Virus record (IMG/VR): IMGVR_UViG_3300022539_000610
Span: 32,001 to 96,000 of that record
DNA length: 64,000 nucleotides
From: a virus
Reading direction: 5' to 3' (one strand)
The notes under the pieces are model-generated. The model ran no database searches, was not told the origin of the DNA, and saw nothing but the letters and a program-made list of their open reading frames with translations. The position numbers and the translations under genes were made by a program. Shown here in pieces: positions 1 through 7,638 of this stretch. Position 1 is the stretch's first letter; every line of letters starts with the position of its first letter.

Positions 1-143
1 AGTAGGGTTGTTATTATTTTTATCTGGATGATGAAGCTTAACAAGTCCAATGTCACAACAACTACAGCACATACCAAACCTAAACATACAGAAAACCCTA
101 ATATTATTACTGCACACAACAGCATATCAACTACCTCCTTTCG

Positions 144-371
144 TTACCATTTTAAACCCACTAGCTCCCCCTTCTCATTCTCTCTTTTCTTTCTAAAGCA
201 AATAGCAGTTCTTGGAGAGAACATAGTACCCAATGAACTAGACGAGCTCTCTGCCAAGCCTTTTGAAACGAGTGATCTCAGTGTAGACAAACCCTCACGG
301 AGTGAGTAAGCACTCTGATGTTTCTCAGTGAGTTTATCATACGCCCTTTGCTGGATTGATGATAATTTCAT
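144..371 (-). CDS. small hypothetical early-region protein
   Basis: 75 aa ORF with the shared GGAAGGAGA ribosome-binding leader. Confidence 0.7.
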   Translation of the reverse strand: MKLSSIQQRAYDKLTEKHQSAYSLREGLSTLRSLVSKGLAESSSSSLGTMFSPRTAICFRKKRENEKGELVGLKW

Positions 372-400
372 GGTGTCTTCTCCTTCCTTTCTTTTAGGTT

Positions 401-446
401 AATTCCTCATTTAAGCCCCTCTCGAAAGGGGCTTAGTGAAGAATTA
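401..446 (-). repeat. intergenic long hairpin (early-region repeat, divergent copy)
   Basis: minus strand TAATTCTTCACTAAGCCCCTT...AGGGGCTTAAATGAGGAATT; begins at the stop codon of 444..743. Confidence 0.7.
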
Positions 447-743
447 CAAGAATTTTAAATACCACGCAAATGTACTTCTAACCTTTCTGTCTTCACAGAG
501 AACTCTGTATGCAGGATTACGATACGTTATATATGACCCCATATTAAGAGTAACATAAGATCGAACAACCACTCCTTTACCAGTAAATCTAAATCTAGGA
601 TCGCGAAAGGTAACTTTGTCACCAATCCCAAACTTCCCTGGCTTTAGAAAAGAACCGTCTCCATAATCCTTATTCTCCTCTACTGCCTTTATGATCTCTA
701 GTCTTGTCATTTCTACCGTCACTATGATCTCTCGTTCTGTCAT
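444..743 (-). CDS. hypothetical protein (possibly SH3/KOW-like)
   Basis: 99 aa; FGIGDKV...GVVV pattern. Confidence 0.65.
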   Translation of the reverse strand: MTEREIIVTVEMTRLEIIKAVEENKDYGDGSFLKPGKFGIGDKVTFRDPRFRFTGKGVVVRSYVTLNMGSYITYRNPAYRVLCEDRKVRSTFAWYLKFL

Positions 744-745
744 TG

Positions 746-976
746 TTATTTCTCCTTCCTCTTTAACGTTTTTAATGTCCTCTGTCCTTCTTTAAGGCCC
801 AGAGTCGTGCCAGCTCCATGGTCCCTAATTATAAAATAGGCTACTCCCTCTGCAGTGCCTATATATACAACTCCTGCATTCTCACCTTCAATGTGAAAAT
901 TAACTAAGCTACTTCGATACTTTTCAAGCAGCTTTCGTGACATGTCCTTAGGTTTAATTATTTGTCCGAGTTCCAT
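746..976 (-). CDS. hypothetical protein
   Basis: 76 aa ORF, GGAGG RBS. Confidence 0.65.
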   Translation of the reverse strand: MELGQIIKPKDMSRKLLEKYRSSLVNFHIEGENAGVVYIGTAEGVAYFIIRDHGAGTTLGLKEGQRTLKTLKRKEK

Positions 977-1006
977 ATTCCCTCCATATTATAGAGTTTA
1001 TATTAA

Positions 1007-1120
1007 CTCACACTACCTTCTATTTCTTCTTCTACTTGCCTTTGCCATTTTGCTTCTTTTACGATTCTTTGCCTTCATGTTAGCAAAATGTCTTGAGTCA
1101 TCTGAAATGATGAATTTCAT
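1007..1120 (-). CDS. 37 aa Lys/Arg-rich peptide (not in ORF track)
   Basis: hand translation MKFIISDDSRHFANMKAKNRKRSKMAKASRRRNKKVV; purine-rich leader. Confidence 0.55.
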
Positions 1121-1138
1121 TTTTTACCCCTTTTCCTT

Positions 1139-1540
1139 TTAAGAATTTCCAAGTGCCCGACCCCATCGAATAACTCCACTCCATTGCTCTTTTGGAACAG
1201 CATTGACAATCCTATCAATCAAACTGTCCAACTCAGATTTCTCCACACGATAAGAAGCAAGATAGAACTCAGCCCTTACAGGCATACAATGATGCGGAGC
1301 ATGTGGGGAGACCAAAAAAGCTACCATTCTCCACACATAAGCTGATCTTCCTCGTAACCGATCCTCCTCAGAGCTATACTTAAAATGATAATAAAGAATG
1401 CCTTCGCCATGTTTCACCTCTTCCAAATTAGGCTTCATTGGTGAGGAAGCCCTGAGATGACCTTTGACGCAAATCCTTTTTAAGATTTCTTCCTCTTCCT
1501 TAGTGGTGCCTTTGTAAGTAATTTCTGGCATTTCATTCAT
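1139..1540 (-). CDS. phage hypothetical protein
   Basis: 133 aa, GGAAGGAGG RBS, AYVWRMVAF..HHCMPV motif. Confidence 0.75.
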   Translation of the reverse strand: MNEMPEITYKGTTKEEEEILKRICVKGHLRASSPMKPNLEEVKHGEGILYYHFKYSSEEDRLRGRSAYVWRMVAFLVSPHAPHHCMPVRAEFYLASYRVEKSELDSLIDRIVNAVPKEQWSGVIRWGRALGNS

Positions 1541-1569
1541 TTCTTTTACCTCCTTCCCTTAAGGTTACC

Positions 1570-1785
1570 CTACCAGTAAAAGCAAGGTTTGCGGTCTTTT
1601 ACGTCTACAACTTTGCCCCACTGTTCTGGGTTAGTAGCATTACAACCTGCAATAATGGTTTCATTAGTATCCTCTGGATTCTCATGCAAATTGCTGGTAA
1701 GCTCTTGACCATCATCAAAAACCATTGTAAAACTAACCCCAGTTTTCCTTTTAGCTATGTTATCCAAGTCTCCGTAAGTTATCAT
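1570..1785 (-). CDS. hypothetical protein
   Basis: 71 aa, shared RBS leader. Confidence 0.7.
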   Translation of the reverse strand: MITYGDLDNIAKRKTGVSFTMVFDDGQELTSNLHENPEDTNETIIAGCNATNPEQWGKVVDVKDRKPCFYW

Positions 1786-1815
1786 CTTCTATTCTCCTTC
1801 CCTTAAAGTTAACAT

Positions 1816-1870
1816 TAATCCCTCATTTCTGCCCTCCCCTCTTTTAACGAAAGGGCAGAATCAAGAATTA
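1816..1870 (-). repeat. intergenic long hairpin (early-region repeat)
   Basis: minus strand TAATTCTTGATTCTGCCCT...AGGGCAGAAATGAGGGATTA. Confidence 0.75.
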
Positions 1871-2035
1871 ACTCGCTTCAAGTTCTACTCGACATAGTTC
1901 ACCAAGCTCTTGACGGTCAGTTGAGACAAGCTCTTTCAACTCAGTAATCTCAACTTTCCGTCCATGCAAGCCTTCACTAAAGAACTTTCATATAGCCGCC
2001 ACGTCAGACAATTTTTCTTCTTTTACCTCTGCCAT
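1868..2035 (-). pseudogene. 55-codon gene with in-frame TGA at codon 16
   Basis: MAEVKEEKLSDVAAI*KFFSEGLHGRKVEITELKELVSTDRQELGELCRVELEAS; strong AGGAGGTGA RBS; final TAA coincides with hairpin start. Confidence 0.6.
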
Positions 2036-2095
2036 TATATATCACCTCCTTTCCTTCCTTTTTAAATGGTTAACCCTCTCATATCTGCCTATTCT

Positions 2096-2378
2096 CTTAG
2101 TTTTAAAGAACCTCTGGTTTCAGCTCAGGTGACTCGTTTCAGGCACGTTCGCAGGAGAAACCCACTTGCTTGGCTGATTGATTACAGCGCCCGTGGCGGC
2201 ATCCTGACCTCACAGAGCCCAATCCCGACCTAATTTCCCTACCCTTAACGAATAAGGGGCCAAAATAGCCTTGTGCGGCCTATGGCAACTTCTCAGTACT
2301 AATAGCATCCGCTGGGGTGCTCGTCCTGTTTTCCCATCACTTTCAGTTTACGTTTCCCAGAGGTCCCTTAAAACTAAG
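2096..2378 (-). ncRNA. candidate structured non-coding RNA of unknown class
   Basis: 22-bp terminal helix (2096-2117 with 2357-2378) whose two mismatches are G-U on the minus strand; GC-richer interior with hairpins; no credible ORF. Confidence 0.6.
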
Positions 2379-2437
2379 TAACCCTCTCATATCTGCTCAC
2401 TTTAACCTTAGTCAAAATGAGCAGTATCAAAAGATTA
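2378..2437 (-). repeat. intergenic long hairpin (early-region repeat)
   Basis: minus strand TAATCTTTTGATACTGCTCA...TGAGCAGATATGAGAGGGTTA. Confidence 0.85.
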
Positions 2438-2491
2438 TCCCTGATTCTTATACGGATATCAACCACCAAGAAGTGATTGAGGTTAAAGGGT

Positions 2492-2662
2492 TTAATCACG
2501 AGCGGCCCCAGTCCAGTTATCAGAGTTGGTGAAGAAGGCATCAAGGTCACCTCCGGCAGCAAGGTTGTCGCAGATACCGTCAAAGAAAGAATTAGTGTAA
2601 TCGTTAACATCATAGGGGCCAGTTACGGCAATCAAATCACGAAAAAAGAAATAAGTTGTCAT
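2492..2662 (-). CDS. 56 aa acidic peptide (not in ORF track)
   Basis: hand translation MTTYFFFRDLIAVTGPYDVNDYTNSFFDGICDNLAAGGDLDAFFTNSDNWTGAARD; GAGGAG RBS with shared leader. Confidence 0.65.
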   Translation of the reverse strand: MTTYFFFRDLIAVTGPYDVNDYTNSFFDGICDNLAAGGDLDAFFTNSDNWTGAARD

Positions 2663-2813
2663 CCTCTTTTCTCCTCATATTTAAATGGTTAATCGTCAAT
2701 CCCTCACTTCCACCCTCTCATTTGCCTTCTCTATAAAAGTCGCGAAGGTTATGTGAAAAACGTTCAACGAAAGAGCGGAATCAAGGATCGTCTTTCTCCT
2801 TCCTTGTTAATAA

Positions 2814-3110
2814 TTATGACAATAAAGATTCTAATCCCTTTGCTAAAGCGTTATCAGGATTAGTCCAGCATTCTGCTGACTCTGTTCCGTCAGGCAAAAT
2901 GTAAGAAAAATCTATGTTCTGATATCTGACTGTATCCCCTGCTCCATTTGTAGTAAGGACAAACTCTACATGCTTCCTATTGCTAATGCCCATTTTCACT
3001 GCTTCTTCTGCAATGGGCTCAACAATGCTATCCCAAATAGCTAATCTGTCTTTAAATGATATATGCTTCATACCAAAAACCCTGTCATGTTCTGTTCTTA
3101 AATCTATCAT
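2814..3110 (-). CDS. hypothetical protein
   Basis: 98 aa, shared RBS leader. Confidence 0.7.
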   Translation of the reverse strand: MIDLRTEHDRVFGMKHISFKDRLAIWDSIVEPIAEEAVKMGISNRKHVEFVLTTNGAGDTVRYQNIDFSYILPDGTESAECWTNPDNALAKGLESLLS

Positions 3111-3146
3111 CTTCTTTCTCCTTCCTTTGTTAGTGGTTAAAATTTA

Positions 3147-3338
3147 TTAGCCATCTATAACATTATCATGAGTAATAGTGGCATTGCATTTTTTACATTT
3201 TGTAGATTTAAGAATTATAAAACTCCAAGCTGCAAGATCGTTAAATTCCTCAATATGATTACAATTAGAGCATTTTACTTTAATTCTAGAATTGTTTTCC
3301 TTCCTATCCATTTTAATCTCTTTGTCTAGTTTATCCAT
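3147..3338 (-). CDS. zinc-ribbon protein
   Basis: CSNC...CKKC. Confidence 0.7.
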   Translation of the reverse strand: MDKLDKEIKMDRKENNSRIKVKCSNCNHIEEFNDLAAWSFIILKSTKCKKCNATITHDNVIDG

Positions 3339-3361
3339 AATTTCTCCTTCCCTTTAAATGG

Positions 3362-3420
3362 TTAACCTTCTCATATCTGCTCATTTAACTAAAAGCCAAA
3401 TGAGCAGTATCAAAAGATTA
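3362..3420 (-). repeat. intergenic long hairpin (early-region repeat)
   Basis: near-identical to 4339..4396. Confidence 0.9.
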
Positions 3421-3440
3421 CCTTCTGGTTCTATCACCTT

Positions 3441-3659
3441 CTATAGCTGAATCAAATCACTACTGTATTCATTGAAATAAGAGGTAAAATTGGCTTTCCT
3501 GGCTTTGGTAATTAATGCCTCCTTTGACTTACCACTTGCGGATCTAAACCCTGCTACGGTAGGACATTCATACCAAATCATCTGCCAAGCGCCTAATGTA
3601 TTTTTGTAAATCCTACAAATCCCATCTCCTACTACGATACCCGCGTTTATTGTTTCCAT
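3441..3659 (-). CDS. hypothetical protein
   Basis: 72 aa, shared RBS leader. Confidence 0.7.
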   Translation of the reverse strand: METINAGIVVGDGICRIYKNTLGAWQMIWYECPTVAGFRSASGKSKEALITKARKANFTSYFNEYSSDLIQL

Positions 3660-3698
3660 CTTTTTTCTCCTTCCTTATTTATAGGTTAATCTACTATA

Positions 3699-3757
3699 TA
3701 ATCCTCTCATAACCGTTTACCTTAACCTAAGCCAAAGTAAACAGTATCAAAAGATTA
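3699..3757 (-). repeat. intergenic long hairpin (early-region repeat)
   Basis: minus strand TAATCTTTTGATACTGTTTAC...GTAAACGGTTATGAGAGGATTA; compensatory changes versus other copies. Confidence 0.8.
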
Positions 3758-3943
3758 GCTTTCTTGACTTTCCCAATTTTTCCCATTCCAAATCGCACCC
3801 CACTTATCTCCATTAGGAAATTTGATGGGAACAATAACTTCTCCCTCATCCTCATAAGGGTCATCATAGACCAAACATTCTATCCACTTCCCTGTCCGCC
3901 ATTCACGTACATCTAATTTATCGCCCTTTTTCACTTTTTTCAT
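3755..3943 (-). CDS. small beta-barrel-like hypothetical protein
   Basis: 62 aa, VKKGDKLDV start. Confidence 0.7.
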   Translation of the reverse strand: MKKVKKGDKLDVREWRTGKWIECLVYDDPYEDEGEVIVPIKFPNGDKWGAIWNGKNWESQES

Positions 3944-4034
3944 CTTCTTTCTCCTTCCTTCCTTAAAGGTTAAATTAGTTATTCCTAAAACCCGTTACAT
4001 AATCCCCTCATATCTATTCTGGCCTTCTCCTTTG

Positions 4035-4313
4035 TCATGGTTTTATAATATTCTTTTTCAACATAGTATGTATTATCATTCCAGACATATTACCAAAACA
4101 ATGATCGTAAGTTGATCTGTGCTCTACTTTTAATTCTTCAGGGGTTCTTGTATCACCTCCATGGTAGTCAATAATATCACTCCAAAAGAATATATTATTC
4201 CACATTGCAGATTTTACCTTTTCCAGCCTCTTCTGAGTCATTCCATTAGCCCAAAACTGTTTATTAGCCATAAAGTGATTCCAGTATTCTTCTTTCTTCT
4301 CTTCTGTTGGCAT
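4035..4313 (-). CDS. hypothetical protein, first gene of early operon
   Basis: 92 aa, shared RBS leader. Confidence 0.7.
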   Translation of the reverse strand: MPTEEKKEEYWNHFMANKQFWANGMTQKRLEKVKSAMWNNIFFWSDIIDYHGGDTRTPEELKVEHRSTYDHCFGNMSGMIIHTMLKKNIIKP

Positions 4314-4338
4314 CTTTTTTCTCCTTCCTCGTTAAAGG

Positions 4339-4396
4339 TTAACCCTCTCATTCTGCTCATTTAACTAAAAGCCAAATGAGCAGTATCAAAAGATTA
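4339..4396 (-). repeat. intergenic long hairpin (early-region repeat)
   Basis: minus strand TAATCTTTTGATACTGCTCATTTGGCT-TTT-AGTTAAATGAGCAGAATGAGAGGGTTA. Confidence 0.9.
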
Positions 4397-4632
4397 TCCC
4401 TAATCTATTATCGTCTTAACCTGTTGTCATCTTCCGGTTTGCTGACTACCCTACCCGACTGGCCATCTTTACCGGCTCTCGGGAGCTCCTCACCGGCTTA
4501 ATTCACCGGCTGCTCGCAATTTATATCCCATTTCTGGCTGGGTATTATCCGCACCTTTGCGCTACTAACCTCTTCCGCCTGAGATGTTCTCAACTCAATC
4601 TGGATCCCACTGACCCATGAGGCTTTCGACCT

Positions 4633-4668
4633 AATTGTCTAAGAGCGTTTTGGAAACTTTGCATTTCC
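4633..4668 (-). promoter_or_regulatory. boxB-like hairpin followed by boxA-like antitermination site
   Basis: GGAAAT-GCAAA-GTTTCC then CGCTCTTAGACAATT (lambda boxA CGCTCTTA; rrn boxA TGCTCTTTAACA). Confidence 0.55.
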
Positions 4669-4746
4669 CTCGGATGAGACCTAATGCCTCCCCCGGATGT
4701 GCCTTTTTACTACTATTTTTATATCTCTTTCTCATAATTTATTCTT

Positions 4747-4775
4747 ATTATAAAGGTTAGTTTTAAAAGGATCAA
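4747..4775 (-). promoter_or_regulatory. sigma70-type promoter of the early operon
   Basis: TTGATC-17 bp-TATAAT with AT-rich upstream DNA. Confidence 0.75.
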
Positions 4776-4915
4776 ATAGCATATGCCCGGAATTTTATTG
4801 GTTAGATTAGAGTAATGTTTGTTATAACTATTTAATTTCATTACATAATCCGTAGAAACCGTAAAGACCATTAATAATACCGAACTCAAAAATCCTTTAG
4901 ATTCCTTAGTTTCTC

Positions 4916-5200
4916 TTAGTTTATTAAAAAAACCCGGTTTTTTCCCCGTTTTTTTTTATTTTTTTTATTTTTTCTTAGGGTTTTAATATCTTGAACGTTT
5001 ACCATAAGCCTTTTCTCTTTTTCAAAGTAAATAACAGAGAGCTCATTGTTGAGGTATCGTAAGCGGACAAGCTGACCAGAAACACCAAACTTTCGGGAGG
5101 CTTCTTCGACAGTTATCCACTCACCATCGGGCAAGTGAGACAACGAGAGTGGGTGGGACCTGGATGCTAACCATCTATAACTAGCTGCCATCTCTCTCAC
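4916..5200 (-). CDS. putative helix-turn-helix DNA-binding protein
   Basis: WITVEEASRKFGVSGQLVR pattern, basic C-terminus. Confidence 0.55.
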   Translation of the reverse strand: MREMAASYRWLASRSHPLSLSHLPDGEWITVEEASRKFGVSGQLVRLRYLNNELSVIYFEKEKRLMVNVQDIKTLRKNKKNKKKRGKNRVFLIN

Positions 5201-5340
5201 TCCTATATGGTAGGATATTCAGATTTATCAACAAAGGATTGTATATGAGGTAGGTCATGGTAGGTATGAGTGTGATTTGTTTCAATTCTTTTTCACTCTC
5301 CTTCCTTCACTTATATTATAATGGTTTTTAGAGGAAAACC

Positions 5341-5386
5341 AAAAAATCTCTCCACAAACCTGCTTGAGGTCATGTTGAAGAGATTT
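5341..5386 (-). terminator. probable intrinsic terminator
   Basis: minus strand AAATCTCT...AGAGATTTTTT downstream of 5421..6005. Confidence 0.5.
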
Positions 5387-5420
5387 GATGAGTCAAGTTG
5401 AGGTTGTGTTTGGTGGGTGT

Positions 5421-6005
5421 TTAGTCAACATCCTCACTGGCAGTCTTGATCATATTTTTGTAGTACTTCTTCTCCAGATCAGTCCGTTTCGCGGGGGGTA
5501 ATCCTTTCTTCTGAATCTTCTCAACGTTGTCAGCCATGTGTTTTGCTGCTGCCTTGAGGGCATCCTTAGATTTCTCATCTAGGTCTTCTTCTCGAAGTTT
5601 CTTCTTCTCCTTTAAATAACCTCCACAATTCACACAGAGTTCTTCCTTCGTTGGAAGCCCCACATAACCACAGGCAGGACAAGGGATTTTTCCCAGGGAA
5701 CTTAAGCCTTGTTCTAGAATTTTTTGTGCTTTTGACATTTTATTCTCCTTTATTTTTGTTAAAAGTAGTTGTATAGAGGAAGCTCTAGATTCACTCTTCC
5801 AGCCCATTTTTTTCGCACATTCAGGCCCAACCATTTTCTTTAGAACACCAACTACATACTGGTAGAATCTATCTGAGTCCTCTTCAAAGCCTTTTTTCTT
5901 TGCTCCTGCTTTTGCTTCTTCCCACTTACCCTCTAATTCAGACATGGGAATACCACAGGAGTCAGCTATTTTGTTTAGTAATGCTACTGGCATTTTTTCT
6001 CCCAC
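5421..6005 (-). CDS. putative head-internal multi-module protein with zinc ribbon
   Basis: CPAC..CVNC; internal MSKAQKILE motif. Confidence 0.65.
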   Translation of the reverse strand: MGEKMPVALLNKIADSCGIPMSELEGKWEEAKAGAKKKGFEEDSDRFYQYVVGVLKKMVGPECAKKMGWKSESRASSIQLLLTKIKENKMSKAQKILEQGLSSLGKIPCPACGYVGLPTKEELCVNCGGYLKEKKKLREEDLDEKSKDALKAAAKHMADNVEKIQKKGLPPAKRTDLEKKYYKNMIKTASEDVD

Positions 6006-6176
6006 TCCATTCTGTTTGGTTTTTTATTTCTTCTTCTACTCTTTTTGAGTATTCTTCCTCTGATTCATTATCATACCTATGAGGTGCGCCTGTATATGGA
6101 CTTAAAGCACCTCCTTCTACGATACCTTCTAACTCCTTTATCCTGGGAGTATCTAGAAAAGAAGTATCATTCTTTT

Positions 6177-6404
6177 TCATTCGATCACTTTTTTGGGAAG
6201 ATTCACCAAAAACCACTTTCCATTTACCTCCCGTTCAACCTTCAGAATCACACTCCTCTTAATAGGGGTGTTCTGCCCATTCAGCCTCCTCACATGTAAC
6301 CACTTTCGCCCAGCAGAATATTCATCGATGTCTCCCACATCAACTATTCCAGCCTTGGTGTGTACTCGAAGATGTTTCCGAGCTATTTTCTCATCATTTT
6401 TCAT
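6177..6404 (-). CDS. hypothetical protein
   Basis: 75 aa, GGAG RBS. Confidence 0.55.
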   Translation of the reverse strand: MKNDEKIARKHLRVHTKAGIVDVGDIDEYSAGRKWLHVRRLNGQNTPIKRSVILKVEREVNGKWFLVNLPKKVIE

Positions 6405-6461
6405 CTGTGTGGTGGCTCCTATAAAATGGCTATTTTGGTTAGTTTTTCTTTAAGGCTATAT

Positions 6462-6516
6462 GGTATAGCCTAATGGGAGATCTCTTAAGTAAGAGGGTGT
6501 TTTACTAATCTGACAA
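6462..6516 (-). promoter_or_regulatory. conserved ~55 bp intergenic motif, copy 1
   Basis: AAAACAC-N14-GATCTCCC-N7-TATACC, also at 32810 and 54375. Confidence 0.6.
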
Positions 6517-6526
6517 GGTATTAGAA

Positions 6527-7531
6527 TTAAATCTTTGACCAATACTCGTCAGGCATTTCTAAGGAAAGCTTAAGTGCCCCAACAGCACCTCCAAACTCAG
6601 GGTCCTGAGTGCACTCAACATTTCCACCTCCATAAGCCTCAAGGCCTTTTTCAACTGCCCGGTCTATGCCCCGGAGTCGTGAGCCCCCTCCAGCTATAAT
6701 GACATTATTACGTAGGTGCTCCTGAAAATCGGCATCAAATGAGCCTACCAGAGCCTGGACAGCTTTACAAATAGGATCGGTCATCTGGAGACAACAATCC
6801 TGCAAAAGTCCAGTAAGATCATAAGTTCCAGGTATTCCCTTCTCTGTTAACGTTACAATAACTTTTTCAGAAATTCCTACATAGCCATATTTCTCCTTGA
6901 GCCTTTGGATAATCTGAGGGGTTAACTGAACACCAGGATACAAGTTTAAAATAGCTTCGATAATTTTGCTGTCAAGGAAGTTCCCTGCAGTAGTGAGGGT
7001 AACTTGATCCCCCTCTTCTGGTAAGCTACCATGTATTCGACATGCATCCACTGTTCCTGCTCCCACATCAACCACCAGACACTCGTCAAACCTATCCATC
7101 CCATAGGCGACGGCAAAGGGCTCTGACACTATCAGAACCTTATCTACTAAGGAGCTACACAGGTCAACAAGAGCCTTTTTGTTATGTATACTTGCCTGAG
7201 CAGGTACTCCTATAGCAGCATAGATCTGGTCACCTTTCCTTTTGTCAGGAATAGCCTGGACAAGCATATCCCTTAAAATAAGGGTGGTTGCCTTGATAGA
7301 AGGTTCATCCTCCTTCATCACTCCATGCTCAAGGGGCCAGACCATGTTGAGAGCAAGCCGATTCTTTATTGCCTCCTGCCCCAGAAGGTAGTCTCCACCT
7401 TTAAGTCTTTTTCTTGATACTACATCCTTTGGGTATCCAATGCAACTCAGTGTTGTCAACCTTGCGCCTGTAGATGTTGCCAATGAAGTCCTGCTAGTCC
7501 CCAAGTCAAATCCGGTGTAAAAAATAGTCAT
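6527..7531 (-). CDS. MamK-like bacterial actin
   Basis: actin motifs GFDLGTS, VDVGAGT, AGGGSR plus MamK-like segments GYPKDV, IGVPA, VSEPF, DQVTLTxAGN, EMPxxYW. Confidence 0.85.
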   Translation of the reverse strand: MTIFYTGFDLGTSRTSLATSTGARLTTLSCIGYPKDVVSRKRLKGGDYLLGQEAIKNRLALNMVWPLEHGVMKEDEPSIKATTLILRDMLVQAIPDKRKGDQIYAAIGVPAQASIHNKKALVDLCSSLVDKVLIVSEPFAVAYGMDRFDECLVVDVGAGTVDACRIHGSLPEEGDQVTLTTAGNFLDSKIIEAILNLYPGVQLTPQIIQRLKEKYGYVGISEKVIVTLTEKGIPGTYDLTGLLQDCCLQMTDPICKAVQALVGSFDADFQEHLRNNVIIAGGGSRLRGIDRAVEKGLEAYGGGNVECTQDPEFGGAVGALKLSLEMPDEYWSKI

Positions 7532-7638
7532 TTTCTTTTTCCTCCTTTTTAAATTCTATTAGATTCAACTATCTGATTTTTCTTTTTTCTGTCACCTCTT
7601 GTGCCATAATATTAGGCTTGAGTAGCCAGTAAGGATTC

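Noticed and set aside
2096-2378. tmRNA, RNase P RNA or hammerhead identity for the orphan RNA
   Set aside because: No tRNA-like ends, no GAGGAAAGTCC motif and no complete CUGANGA/GAAA core that I could fold.
2374-2613. 79 aa ORF from the track
   Set aside because: It lacks an RBS and runs through the hairpin; the 2492..2662 frame has the shared RBS leader.
380-4400. Early-region repeats as integron attC sites or a CRISPR array
   Set aside because: No complementary RYYYAAC/GTTRRRY ends, no integrase or cas gene in the window, spacers are whole genes of variable length, and G-U pairing points to RNA structure.
5205-5270. Three ATG(A)GGTAGG-like repeats upstream of the HTH gene
   Set aside because: Too short and irregular to support an operator call.
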